Below, in pieces: positions 1-9,141 of a stretch of 64,000 bases of DNA. The DNA is from Candidatus Palauibacter irciniicola. Its GTDB lineage: Bacteria > Gemmatimonadota > Gemmatimonadetes > Palauibacterales > Palauibacteraceae. Both the position numbers and the translations under genes were made by a program. The first letter of the stretch is position 1, and each line of letters opens with the position of its first letter. The stretch is from contig VXWG01000053.1 of assembly GCA_009836005.1 (NCBI GenBank), positions 45,722 to 109,721 on the forward strand, in the 5' to 3' direction. The notes beneath the pieces were generated by a model that was not told the origin of the DNA, made no database searches, and saw only the letters and a list, made by a program, of their open reading frames with translations.

Positions 1-1
1 C

Positions 2-196
2 CGCTTCGGCCTCACGAACGAGGTCGATCCGCCGAGGGTGGAGAAGGACCTCCTGAGGGTGCTGCCGCGGGAGGAATGGCACCCCTTCGCGTGGCGCTCG
101 ATCCTGCACGGGCGCACCGTGTGCTACGCTCGAAAGCCGCGTTGCGCCGAGTGCCCGGTGGCCGATCTGTGCGCGAGTGCCGGGAAGTTCGGGTGA
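2..196 (+). CDS. nth: Endonuclease III (Nth), C-terminal fragment; the 5-prime end lies outside the window
   Basis: Frame-2 translation ...HGRTVCYARKPRCAECPVADLCASAGKFG* carries the C-x6-C-x2-C-x5-C [4Fe-4S] loop typical of the Nth/MutY C-terminus. The stop is at 194-196. Confidence 0.6.
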   Translation, partial: RFGLTNEVDPPRVEKDLLRVLPREEWHPFAWRSILHGRTVCYARKPRCAECPVADLCASAGKFG

Positions 197-1307
197 GGTG
201 ACCGTCGCCCGCGATGCCGCCGCGCTGAAGCGGGAGGTCCGCGCCGCCGCGCGGGCCGCCGGGTTCGACCAGGTGGGGTTCGCTCCGGCGGCGCCCCCGG
301 CGCACGCGGGCGCATACGAGGCCTGGCTCGCGAACGGCTACCACGGCGAGATGGCCTACATGGCGCGCGAGGACGCGGTGCGCCGCCGCCTCGATCCGCG
401 AGAGGCCCTTCCCGGCTGCCGGACGCTCATCGTCGTGAGCCTCCTGTACGGCTCGACGCCGGCCGGCACGGCGACGCCGGACCGGCGGCGCGTCGGCCGC
501 GGGGACGCCGCCCGGCGCCGCCGGCTGCCGGTCGTCGCCCGCTACGCGCTGGGCCGCGACTACCACGACGTGTTCGAGGAGCGGCTCGACGCGCTCTCCG
601 CCGCCATCGAGGACCTCTCTCCCGGCGCCCGCACGAAGCGCTACGTCGACTACGGCCCCGTCCTCGAGCGGGACCACGCCCAGCGCGCGGGCCTGGGCTG
701 GATCGGCAAGAACACGATGCTCCTCCACCCCGACCTCGGTTCCTACTTCATGCTGGGAGAGCTGCTCACGGACCTCGAGATCGAACCCGATCCCCCGTTC
801 GTCCACGACCGCTGCGGCACCTGCCGCCGCTGCATCGACGCCTGCCCGACGGACGCGATTCTGGACGGCCGGCTCCTCGATGCGCGGCTCTGCATCTCCT
901 ATCTGACGATCGAACTCCGGGGTCCCATCCCCGAGACGCTCCGCCCCGCGATCGGAAACCGGGTGTTCGGCTGCGACATCTGCCAGGAGGTGTGTCCCTG
1001 GAACGCCGAGGCGCCCGTGCCCGCGGAGGCGCCGTTCGCGCCCCGCCCCGGCCAGCCGATGCCGCCGGAGGATATGATTGCGTGGGCCAGGGAACTCGCC
1101 CCCCTCGACGCCGACGAGTTCCGCACGCGCTATCGGGGGACGGCGTTCAGCCGCCCCGGCCGCGAGGGGCTGCTCCGGAATCTGGCGGTCGGCCTCGGCA
1201 ACTCCGGCGGGCCCGGCGCGCGCTCCGTCCTGCGACGTCTGGCGGAGGACCCGTCGCCCCTCGTCCGGGAACACGCCCGGTGGGCGCTCGACGTACTCCA
1301 GCGTTAG
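177..1307 (+). CDS. queG: Epoxyqueuosine reductase QueG
   Basis: Two ferredoxin-type CxxCxxCxxxCP motifs (CGTCRRCIDACP, CDICQEVCPW) plus GLGWIGKN and a C-terminal HEAT-like region. Start is a GTG at 177 or 198, overlapping the nth stop. Confidence 0.85.
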   Translation: MPGSSGEVTVARDAAALKREVRAAARAAGFDQVGFAPAAPPAHAGAYEAWLANGYHGEMAYMAREDAVRRRLDPREALPGCRTLIVVSLLYGSTPAGTATPDRRRVGRGDAARRRRLPVVARYALGRDYHDVFEERLDALSAAIEDLSPGARTKRYVDYGPVLERDHAQRAGLGWIGKNTMLLHPDLGSYFMLGELLTDLEIEPDPPFVHDRCGTCRRCIDACPTDAILDGRLLDARLCISYLTIELRGPIPETLRPAIGNRVFGCDICQEVCPWNAEAPVPAEAPFAPRPGQPMPPEDMIAWARELAPLDADEFRTRYRGTAFSRPGREGLLRNLAVGLGNSGGPGARSVLRRLAEDPSPLVREHARWALDVLQR

Positions 1308-1352
1308 GTTGGAAGCCCGCAGGGAAACGCAGAGAACCGAGGAGAAAAACGC

Positions 1353-2405
1353 ATGCCGGGTTATGCGGTCCTGGGAGAACCGTGGTGGATCGCCCTCGTG
1401 TGGATTCTTGTCGCGGGGCACCTCACGAACATGGTCAACACGCTCTATCTGCACCGCTCGGCGACGCACGGCGGCGTCGTGTTTCATCCGGTCGTCGAAC
1501 ACGCCATGCGGTTCTGGTGCTGGCTCACGACCGGGATCGTGACGAAGGAGTGGGTCGCGATCCACCGAAAGCACCACGCCTACGCCGACCGCGAGGGCGA
1601 TCCCCATTCGCCGACGCTCGAGGGTCTCGCGAACATCGCGTTCGGCGGGCTCTTCTTCTATCGGAAGGCCGCGCAGGACGAGACGCTGCTCGAGAAATAC
1701 GGCAAGGGGACGCCCGACGACTGGGTCGAACGAAACGTCTACACCAGGCGCCGTGGCCTGGGGATCAGAATCATGCTCGTCCTCAATCTGTACCTGTTCG
1801 GGCTCATCCCCGGGCTCATCGTCTGGACGTGCATGGTGTTCTGGATGCCGCTCACGGGGAACATCATCAACGGCCTCGGACACGCGCTCGGCTACCGGAC
1901 CTTCGGGACGCGCGACGACAGCCACAATCTGTATCCGTGGGGGATCTGGATTCTCGGCGAGGAACTCCACAACAACCATCACGCGGACCCGCGCTCGGCC
2001 AAGTTCAAGGCGCACTGGTGGGAGTTCGACATCGGCTGGTTCTACATCCGGATCCTGAGCGTCCTGCGGCTCGCCAACGTGCTCTACGCGCGCACGGCGA
2101 CCCCCCGGGAATTCGCGGCGAAGTTCTACCGCGATTCGGCGGACCGCATGAACCGGCGTCTGGACAGGGCGCTGTCGCGCATCCAGCGGACCCGGGAGGC
2201 CGGACTGCGGCGCATCGAACGCGCCCGCGAGGAACAATCCCTCAAGCGTCTCGACCGCGCCGCCGCCAGAGCGCGGGCCCGGCTCGATCGGGTCCGGCCC
2301 GGCAAGTTCGCGCGCGTGGCCCGGGCGAAGGCCGAGGCCGGCGCCGAACTCGACCGGGCTCGGGAGGCGGCGCGCACCCGCATCCTCCGCGCCGCGGAAG
2401 CATGA
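1353..2405 (+). CDS. Acyl-CoA/acyl-lipid delta-9-type fatty acid desaturase
   Basis: Three His boxes (HRSATH, HRKHHAYADREGDPHSP, HNNHHADP) and membrane helices. The C-terminus is a charged coiled-coil-like tail. Confidence 0.8.
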   Translation: MPGYAVLGEPWWIALVWILVAGHLTNMVNTLYLHRSATHGGVVFHPVVEHAMRFWCWLTTGIVTKEWVAIHRKHHAYADREGDPHSPTLEGLANIAFGGLFFYRKAAQDETLLEKYGKGTPDDWVERNVYTRRRGLGIRIMLVLNLYLFGLIPGLIVWTCMVFWMPLTGNIINGLGHALGYRTFGTRDDSHNLYPWGIWILGEELHNNHHADPRSAKFKAHWWEFDIGWFYIRILSVLRLANVLYARTATPREFAAKFYRDSADRMNRRLDRALSRIQRTREAGLRRIERAREEQSLKRLDRAAARARARLDRVRPGKFARVARAKAEAGAELDRAREAARTRILRAAEA

Positions 2406-2505
2406 TCCTCGAAAACCGGCCCGCCACGGACTGACCCAGCTCACCGCCGACTGACCGGGCGCTTGTTGACGCCGCCCCGGGCTCCGTGCATCTTCCGAAA
2501 AATCA

Positions 2506-2525
2506 TTTTTAGCCTAGGCTAAAAA
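2506..2525. promoter_or_regulatory. 20-bp perfect AT-rich palindrome TTTTTAGCCTAGGCTAAAAA, flanked by AAAAATC direct repeats; candidate operator for the downstream copper-oxidase operon
   Basis: Seen directly in the sequence, 22 bp upstream of the 2547 start codon. It is strikingly AT-rich in a roughly 70% GC background. Confidence 0.5.
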
Positions 2526-2546
2526 TCGCTCCGGGCCGCGGCCCGG

Positions 2547-3683
2547 ATGGGCGTTCGGGGGAAAACCGGAGAACGAGTGAAGCCGGATAGGTTGAGTCGA
2601 CGCGACTGGCTGAAGCTTGGTGCCGCGGGGGTGGCCGGCGTATCGGGCGCGACGGTGCTGGACCTGGCGTCCCGGGGCGGCGCGCGAGATGCCCTGGCGG
2701 CCAGCGGCGCCATGCCGCGCGAGCCGGGAGCGGACGCCGCCGCCGCGGGCCCGCACGCGGGACACCAGGAGGCGATGGGGATCGTCGGCATGCCCGGGCC
2801 CGACGGAGCGTTCGATCCGGCGGCCTTCCTCACGGACTTCGACTACGGGGAGGTCACGACCCGCGCCGACGGCCGCGTCGTGCGACGCTGGCAGATGGTG
2901 GCGCTGGACCGGGAGATCGAGATCGCGCCCGGCGTCTTCTTCCCGGCGTGGACCTACAACGGGCAGGTGCCGGGCCCGACCCTGCGCTGCACCGAGGGGG
3001 ACATCCTCCAGGTCGAGTTTACGAACGCGGGCTCGCACCCCCACACCATCCATTTCCACGGCACGCACCCGCCGGAGATGGACGGCTTCGAACCCATCGT
3101 GGAGCCGGGGCAGCGTTTCACCTACGAGTTCGAGGCGAAGCCGTTCGGGCTCCACCTGTACCACTGCCACACGATGCCGCTCAAGCGGCACATCCATAAG
3201 GGTCTGTATGGGGCGTTCATCGTCGATCCGCCCGAAGGCCGGGAACCGGCGCGGGAGATGGTCATGGTGATGAACGCGTTCGACAGCAACCTGGACGGCG
3301 ACAACGAGGTGTACGCCGTCAACACGTCGGCGTTCTACTACCACCACCATCCCGTGCGCGTGGGCGTGAACGACCTGTGCCGCATCTATCTCGTGAACAC
3401 GACCGAGTTCGACCTCATCAACTCGTTCCACCTGCACGCGGGCATGTTCAAGGTGTTCCGGACCGGTACGCGGCCGGACCAGTACGAACTCACGGACACG
3501 ATCATGATGTGCCAGGGCGAGCGTCACGTCCTCGAGTTCCGGCTCGAGAACCCCGGCATGCACATGTTCCACGCGCACCAGAGCGAGTTCGCGGAACTGG
3601 GGTGGATGGGCTTCTTCGAGGCGGTCGAGCGGCTCGCCGCCGGCGAGGGCGTGCCCGTGGGCCCCGCGCCGAGCGATGTCTGA
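2547..3683 (+). CDS. Tat-exported two-domain cupredoxin / multicopper-oxidase family protein (NirK-like copper motifs)
   Basis: Twin-arginine signal RRDWLKLGAAG. Copper-ligand motifs HPHTIHFHG, YHCHTMP...HIH, HLHAG and MFHAHQ. Size (378 aa) fits a 2-domain MCO/NirK fold. Confidence 0.8.
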   Translation: MGVRGKTGERVKPDRLSRRDWLKLGAAGVAGVSGATVLDLASRGGARDALAASGAMPREPGADAAAAGPHAGHQEAMGIVGMPGPDGAFDPAAFLTDFDYGEVTTRADGRVVRRWQMVALDREIEIAPGVFFPAWTYNGQVPGPTLRCTEGDILQVEFTNAGSHPHTIHFHGTHPPEMDGFEPIVEPGQRFTYEFEAKPFGLHLYHCHTMPLKRHIHKGLYGAFIVDPPEGREPAREMVMVMNAFDSNLDGDNEVYAVNTSAFYYHHHPVRVGVNDLCRIYLVNTTEFDLINSFHLHAGMFKVFRTGTRPDQYELTDTIMMCQGERHVLEFRLENPGMHMFHAHQSEFAELGWMGFFEAVERLAAGEGVPVGPAPSDV

Positions 3684-4902
3684 CGAGCGGTCCGAAGCCG
3701 CTCCGCGCCGGAGCGGCCCGGCGCGCTGGGTCCTGGGCCTCTTCCCGCTCGCGCTGCTGGCGGGGCTCGTCGCGTTTTTCTTCGGCGCCGATCCCACGGC
3801 CCCCTTCCGGGACGCCTTCCCGCCCGTCGAGGACCTCACGATCGAACGCGTGAGCTTCCCGGAGAACGGCGTCATGCGCGTGCACGTCGTGAACGGCGGT
3901 CCCGAGGCGGCCACCATCGCGCAGGTGATCGTCGACGATGCCTACTGGCAGTTCGAGATCGATGGCGATCCGACCCTGCCGCGTCTCGCCCGCGCCACCC
4001 TCGAACTGGACTATCCCTGGGTCGAAGGTGAACTCCACGTCATCCGGCTGGTGACCTCCACGGGACTCACCTTCGACCGCGAGGTGGCGGTAGCGACGCT
4101 CTCGCCGCGCCCCAACGCGCTTTACCTGACCACTTTCGGGCTACTCGGCCTCTACGCGGGCGTGATCCCCGTCCTCGTCGGCCTGTTGTGGTATCCCTTC
4201 CTGCGCCGGATCGACCGCAAGTGGATCCACTTCTATCTCAGCCTCACCGTGGGCCTGCTGGCGTTCCTCGTCGTCGATGCGTTCGAGGACACGCTCGAGG
4301 CGTCGGCGCTCGTGCCGGAGGGATTTCAGGCCGCCGGGCTCATCGCCGTCGGGGTCATCGGCGCCATCGTCGGCCTCAGGGCCCTCGGTAACCTCGGACG
4401 CGGCCGGAGCGGCGGAGACTCCGCGGGCGCGGGCGGCGGTGGGCCGAGCCCCGGGCTCACGGTGGCGTACCTGATCGCCATCAGCATCGGACTGCACAAC
4501 CTCGGCGAGGGGCTCGCGATCGGGGCGGCCTTCTCCCTCGGCGAGATCGCGCTCGGAAGCTTCCTCGTCATCGGCTTCGCGCTCCACAACACGACGGAGG
4601 GGCTGGCGATCGTCGCCCCCGTCGCGGACCGGCGGCCGGCGCTGCGGCACTTCGCCTTCATGGGCGGCATCGCCGGACTGCCGACCGTCCTGGGGGCGTG
4701 GGCGGGCGGTTTCTCCTACTCGCCGACGCTGGCGACCTTCTTCCTCGCCCTCGGCGCCGGAGCCATCCTGCAGGTCATCGTCGAGGTCACCCGGCTGATC
4801 CGGAAGAGCTGGCCGCAGGGCCTGTTCACCCCCCTCAACGCCACGGGCCTCCTCCTCGGCCTGCTGGTCATGTACGGCACCGCGCTCATGGTGACCGCCT
4901 AG
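3676..4902 (+). CDS. ZIP-family metal transporter with an extra N-terminal TM helix plus roughly 130-aa extracytoplasmic domain
   Basis: ZIP signature helices GLHNLGEGLAIG and ALHNTTEGLAI, and a Gly-rich cytoplasmic loop. The start overlaps the MCO stop by 8 nt (translational coupling). Confidence 0.7.
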   Translation: MSDERSEAAPRRSGPARWVLGLFPLALLAGLVAFFFGADPTAPFRDAFPPVEDLTIERVSFPENGVMRVHVVNGGPEAATIAQVIVDDAYWQFEIDGDPTLPRLARATLELDYPWVEGELHVIRLVTSTGLTFDREVAVATLSPRPNALYLTTFGLLGLYAGVIPVLVGLLWYPFLRRIDRKWIHFYLSLTVGLLAFLVVDAFEDTLEASALVPEGFQAAGLIAVGVIGAIVGLRALGNLGRGRSGGDSAGAGGGGPSPGLTVAYLIAISIGLHNLGEGLAIGAAFSLGEIALGSFLVIGFALHNTTEGLAIVAPVADRRPALRHFAFMGGIAGLPTVLGAWAGGFSYSPTLATFFLALGAGAILQVIVEVTRLIRKSWPQGLFTPLNATGLLLGLLVMYGTALMVTA

Positions 4903-4946
4903 CCTGACGGCGTAGACCGGTGTGGTGTCACACCAAAGGAGGCACG

Positions 4947-5378
4947 ATGCTCGGCGGCAGAAACCCCGGCCTCGGTCTGGCCATCCTTCGCGTCGCGGTC
5001 GGACTGATCTTCGTGATGCACGGCTGGCCAAAGCTGGCCGGCGGCATCGAGGGCACCGCGGCCTTCCTCGGGTCGCTCGGCGTCCCGCTCTCGGCGATCG
5101 GGGCGTGGGGGATCGCGCTGGCCGAGACCCTGGGCGGCGCATGCCTGATCGCGGGCCTGTTCGTGACGCCCTTCGCCCTGCTCCTCGCCGCGCACATGCT
5201 GGCGGGGATCTTTCTCGTGCACCTGGCCAACGGCTTCTACGTCGTGGGCCCGGGCCAGGGAGGCTACGAGTTCAACCTGCTCCTGATCGCCGCCCTGCTG
5301 ACCCTCGTGCTGGCCGGATCGGGGATCGCGACGCTCAAGAGCCTCTTCACGAGCGACGTCGAGGTGGTGATCGACTGA
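4947..5378 (+). CDS. DoxX-family membrane protein
   Basis: Roughly 140 aa with four predicted TM helices and an N-terminus LGLAILRVAVGLIFVMHGWPKL typical of DoxX. The ORF track starts at 4920; the ATG at 4947 is preferred. Confidence 0.65.
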   Translation: MLGGRNPGLGLAILRVAVGLIFVMHGWPKLAGGIEGTAAFLGSLGVPLSAIGAWGIALAETLGGACLIAGLFVTPFALLLAAHMLAGIFLVHLANGFYVVGPGQGGYEFNLLLIAALLTLVLAGSGIATLKSLFTSDVEVVID

Positions 5379-5387
5379 GACTTGGCG

Positions 5388-5879
5388 TCAGTCGCCGGGC
5401 GGAGGGCCGAGCGGGCTCGGCTCGCAGTTCTCCGTCTCGCGGGTGTAGGCGATGCTGGAGATCTTCCAGCCGTCGCTCGTGCGCACGAGGCTCACCGCGT
5501 CGATCCCGCAGTGGCTGAACTCGCCGTCCACGTGGAAGTCGTAGGGCGTCCACACGACGGCGATCGGACCCTCGATCATCACGTGCGGTTCCCACATTCG
5601 CTCCAGCAGGGCGGGGCCCGGCTGACCGATGGAGGCGGCGAACTCGGTGCCGGTGCTCTCCCGGACCTGCACGCCGTCCGGGGTCTCCGCCGTAGCCACG
5701 AAGGTGGCGCCGTCGGTGAGCAGGCCGCGGATCGCATCGCCGTCGCGGGCCGCCATGGCGTCGAACAGGGCCTGCACGGCGGCGACCGCCCCCGCCTCGG
5801 CGTCATCCTGCGCGGCGGCGTACGCGGGCGCGGCGAGGGTCACCGCGGCGAGAAGCAACATGGCTTCGAACTTCTTCAT
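5388..5879 (-). CDS. Secreted NTF2-like (SnoaL/DUF4440-type) protein
   Basis: The C-terminal 163 aa of the 631-aa track ORF start MKKFEAMLLLAAVTLAAPAYA (signal peptide) and continue as an NTF2-like fold. The ATG at 5879 was located by codon arithmetic. The upstream part of that long ORF is GC-frame noise. Confidence 0.6.
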   Translation of the reverse strand: MKKFEAMLLLAAVTLAAPAYAAAQDDAEAGAVAAVQALFDAMAARDGDAIRGLLTDGATFVATAETPDGVQVRESTGTEFAASIGQPGPALLERMWEPHVMIEGPIAVVWTPYDFHVDGEFSHCGIDAVSLVRTSDGWKISSIAYTRETENCEPSPLGPPPGD

Positions 5880-5926
5880 GAGATTCTCCCGATTCCTGTG
5901 GTCGGTCGTCGTGGACTTTCCCGGCC

Positions 5927-7717
5927 TCAATACGCGGCCGTGCGAAACACCGGCTGGAAGAGTCGGGTGCGGTGCGCGCAGACGGGGTCCGCGGGGCACG
6001 CCGCGCAGTCGGGTTCCGTCATCTCCGGGCAACGCGTCCGGTTCTGAAAGAAGAACCAGTCCACGGCCCCCATGGAGCGCCCGCTCAGCCGCCGGACCTC
6101 GCCCACCACCTCGTAACAGGCGGCGCGCACGGCCTCCTCCTCCTCCGCGCTCACAACCTCCCGCTTCGCGAGCTTCGCGGCCAGCGTCTCGTCGTTCACG
6201 GAGACGACGCCGAGCCGCAGGCAACTGCGCTGGCAGTGATAGTCGACGATCGGCGGCACGTCCTCCGCCTTCCCGAGCCGCAGGAAGCGTTCCGGCCGCT
6301 GGTTGAGGATCGCCGCGAGGAGGGCGGACTTCTTCCGCCACGGGTCCTCCTTGTAGCCGCCGACCGCATCGAGACGCGCGAGGAAGCGGGCGAGGGGTCG
6401 CTCCGTGGCGTTGGCTTCGGCCAGGAGCGACGCCGGGGTCAGGCCGAGGCCCAGCATGTCGCGGCCGTACGCGCGCGCGCACGCCGGATGGAGGGTGCCC
6501 GCGGGGAGCGGGTTGTGCCCGCCGTCGTCCCGCAGGCGGTGATCGAAGTCCGCGTCGTCGAGAGCGGCCTGACCGGCGGGGGCGAGTTCGTCCGGGGCTT
6601 CGCGGGCCCAGCGCCGGTAGGCGGCCCACAGGTAATCGCTTCCCTTGCGGGTCCGGCCGTCCAGAGAGGCGATCATGGGTTCGCCGTAGCGGCCCGCGCG
6701 CTCGTGCCAGAAACCGAACTGCTGCACGGTCCCGGCGAAGAAGAAATCGAGCGCCGCCGGATCGCCGGGTTCCGGAAAGTCCGCGCCGGTGAAGTCGAAC
6801 GCCGCCGCCTCCGGGGCCGTCGCGATGACCCCGGCCACCCGCCGAAAACGGTCCCGGTCGAGGCGGACCCGAGCATCTCGCGGCGCCGGTGGAGGCGGAC
6901 TGTCCGAGAGGAGCGGCGCCGGACCGATGTCCGTCACCGTCTCCGCGGCACAGGCCGCCGCAACGCGCGCGGCGATGGCGGGATGGTCGCCGGCCGCGAC
7001 CCTGGCCAGCGCCGTCCCGCAGAAGGTGTCGCCGGCGCCCGTCGGATCCACCTGCTCGACCTCGGGGGCGGGGACGTCGATCGCGTGGTCGCCCAGGACG
7101 ACGCGAGCCCCGCGCGGTCCCCGGGTGACGAAGACCGCGCGCCCCGGCGCGACCGCCACCCGATCGAGCGACCCGAAGAGGAGACCGGCCTCCTCTTCGT
7201 TGCAGAAGAAGTAGTGGGACGCTTCCACGACGCGCTCGACGACCTCCGGGTGCGCGCGGATCCCCGGCGCGTACGTCCCGCACCCCACGCGCACGCCCGC
7301 CGCGGCCAGCCGCCGCGCGAACCCCAACTGCAGCTCCGGGTCGAGGAGGGGGACGACGTACGCGAAGGCCCCCGGCCCCGCGTCGGGGATGTCGCCGTAG
7401 CGGATGTCCCCCTCGGAACCGCGCACCGCCTGGCGATAGACGGTCCGGCCGTCGGGGAAGTACTCGATCTCGAAGTGCGGGAGCGCGGAGGGCGGCACCG
7501 GCGGCCCCCGCCAGTCGAGGAGGCGGTCCGCCGGCTCGAGTTCCGCCGGCATGGGATCGGGGCGCGGCGCGACGACCGTGACGGCGGCTCCGACCCGCTG
7601 CGCCGCGAGCGCGGTGTAGAGTCCCGCGCCTCCGGCGGACCGCACGGAGCGGCCGCCGAGGTGCAGGAGGTCCAGTGAGGGGCTCCCGACCACGAGGAGC
7701 CGTGGCCGGGCGCTCAT
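5927..7717 (-). CDS. PfkB-family (ribokinase-like) kinase fused to a roughly 300-aa Cys-rich C-terminal domain of uncertain function
   Basis: The N-terminal half has PfkB motifs (GGxxxN-like region, DPTGAGDTF anion hole). The C-terminal half (FFAGTVQQFGFW...DYHCQRSCLRLGVV...CPEMTEPDCAACPADPVC) matches no family I can name with confidence. Confidence 0.65.
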   Translation of the reverse strand: MSARPRLLVVGSPSLDLLHLGGRSVRSAGGAGLYTALAAQRVGAAVTVVAPRPDPMPAELEPADRLLDWRGPPVPPSALPHFEIEYFPDGRTVYRQAVRGSEGDIRYGDIPDAGPGAFAYVVPLLDPELQLGFARRLAAAGVRVGCGTYAPGIRAHPEVVERVVEASHYFFCNEEEAGLLFGSLDRVAVAPGRAVFVTRGPRGARVVLGDHAIDVPAPEVEQVDPTGAGDTFCGTALARVAAGDHPAIAARVAAACAAETVTDIGPAPLLSDSPPPPAPRDARVRLDRDRFRRVAGVIATAPEAAAFDFTGADFPEPGDPAALDFFFAGTVQQFGFWHERAGRYGEPMIASLDGRTRKGSDYLWAAYRRWAREAPDELAPAGQAALDDADFDHRLRDDGGHNPLPAGTLHPACARAYGRDMLGLGLTPASLLAEANATERPLARFLARLDAVGGYKEDPWRKKSALLAAILNQRPERFLRLGKAEDVPPIVDYHCQRSCLRLGVVSVNDETLAAKLAKREVVSAEEEEAVRAACYEVVGEVRRLSGRSMGAVDWFFFQNRTRCPEMTEPDCAACPADPVCAHRTRLFQPVFRTAAY

Positions 7718-7727
7718 GCCGCCGGCG

Positions 7728-9107
7728 TCAGTCGCCCTGCTGCTGGTCCGTCGTGATGCGCCCGGCGGCGCCGGCGGGCCCGTTGTCCCAGTCCTGGGCG
7801 CTGGAGATGTTCGGCACGCCCCAGTCGTCGCCGTTCCAGCCCTGGAAGCCCTCCATCCGGAAGGTCCACAGACCCGTCGTCATGTCGCTCACCACGATGA
7901 GCCCGTCCGCGTTCCGGATGTCGACCCCGAACGTGCCGTTGAAGACAGGGGTCCGGTCGACGTTCGGCGGCCCCAGGTAGGTGTCGTAGTGGCCCACCGT
8001 CATCGGGTTCTCCGGGTCCATCATGTTGAACACGACGAGCCCGTCCAGGTAGCCGGACACGAACACGAGCGGCCAACGCACCTCGTGGTTGTGCACGAGG
8101 TTCTTCCAGTTCGCCGTCCACGCCGCGATCGGGCGGTTGATCGCGGACACCTCGCCGTTCAGCCCCGGCCTGAGGTCGAAGATCCTGAGCGGCGCGTACT
8201 GATACTCCGTCTCGGCGATCGCGAAGTTGCCGTCCGGCGTGGGCGTGAACGTGTGGCCGCTCCGAATCCCGGAGACCCCGACGATCTGCGTCAGAAGCTG
8301 GGGATCCTGGAGATCCGACACGTCGTAGATGTAGTAGCCGCCGGTGCCGCCGCCGTAGAAGCGGTCCGTCCCGGTTTCCGGGTGGTAGCCGAGATAGAAG
8401 TCGTGGTATCCCCGCCGCCGGTTCCCCTCCATCCCCTGATCCGGGACCGGGATCTGCGCCACCATCTGGTCGCCGCGCCCGTCGACGAGGGCGCCGAGGT
8501 CGTAGACGGCCGCGTACGGTCCCGAGACCGTGGCGACGAGATACACGTTCATGTTCGAGTGCTTGTAGATGAAGATGTTGTGGAAGCCGCCGGGGAGATC
8601 GGGCTCCTTGATGCGGGCCACCTCGCGCACCGTCGAGGCGTCCGGCAGTCCCGTGACGTCGAGGACGACGGCCCCCATGTCGGAGTCCGGGCCGCCCTGC
8701 CCGAACTGGAGCGACTGCACGACGTAGTAGCGGTCGCCCCACTTGAAGTGCTTCACGTCCATCCCGCCGGTGCGCTGGTGGAGGTCCTGGTCCTCGATCC
8801 GCCACTCGTAGAGCACCTCGGGGTTCTCCGGGTCCTCGATCGAGACGATGTCCAGCCCTTTCGGGCCGACCGGTCCGTACTGCATGCGCGCCACGTACGC
8901 GTAGGGCCGGTGCATCTCCTGCTCGATGTCCATGTCCGCGATGCTGAGCCGGGGCCCGAGCGGAATGTGGCCGAGCACTTCCATGTTCCGGCTGCCGCGC
9001 TCGACCACCCCGTCGATGAGCTGCGCGCTCAGCGCGTGCGGCGCGGCGAGAGCCGCTCCGAGCACGGCGGCCGCCGAGAGTGTCAGGGTCCGATTTCCAA
9101 CCTTCAT
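7728..9107 (-). CDS. Secreted beta-propeller-like hypothetical protein
   Basis: Start MKVGNRTLTLSAAAVLGAALAAPHALSA (signal peptide) with a GGAGGAAAGA ribosome-binding site just upstream. The protein is Gly/Asp/Tyr-rich with repeats, consistent with a beta-propeller. No confident family assignment. Confidence 0.5.
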   Translation of the reverse strand: MKVGNRTLTLSAAAVLGAALAAPHALSAQLIDGVVERGSRNMEVLGHIPLGPRLSIADMDIEQEMHRPYAYVARMQYGPVGPKGLDIVSIEDPENPEVLYEWRIEDQDLHQRTGGMDVKHFKWGDRYYVVQSLQFGQGGPDSDMGAVVLDVTGLPDASTVREVARIKEPDLPGGFHNIFIYKHSNMNVYLVATVSGPYAAVYDLGALVDGRGDQMVAQIPVPDQGMEGNRRRGYHDFYLGYHPETGTDRFYGGGTGGYYIYDVSDLQDPQLLTQIVGVSGIRSGHTFTPTPDGNFAIAETEYQYAPLRIFDLRPGLNGEVSAINRPIAAWTANWKNLVHNHEVRWPLVFVSGYLDGLVVFNMMDPENPMTVGHYDTYLGPPNVDRTPVFNGTFGVDIRNADGLIVVSDMTTGLWTFRMEGFQGWNGDDWGVPNISSAQDWDNGPAGAAGRITTDQQQGD

Positions 9108-9141
9108 TCTTTCCTCCGTTTTCGAACTGGCGGCCCGCGAG

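Noticed and set aside
2514-3917. 467-aa minus-strand ORF
   Set aside because: Entirely antisense to the well-supported Tat multicopper-oxidase CDS. It has no motifs and Arg/Pro/Gly-rich composition typical of GC-rich off-frame ORFs.
4141-5142. 333-aa minus-strand ORF
   Set aside because: Antisense to the ZIP transporter and DoxX genes. Low-complexity Arg/Asp-rich translation.
5388-7283. 631-aa minus ORF read-through
   Set aside because: Only the C-terminal 163 aa (from MKKFEA...) form a plausible signal-peptide protein. The upstream part overlaps the PfkB-fusion gene in another frame.
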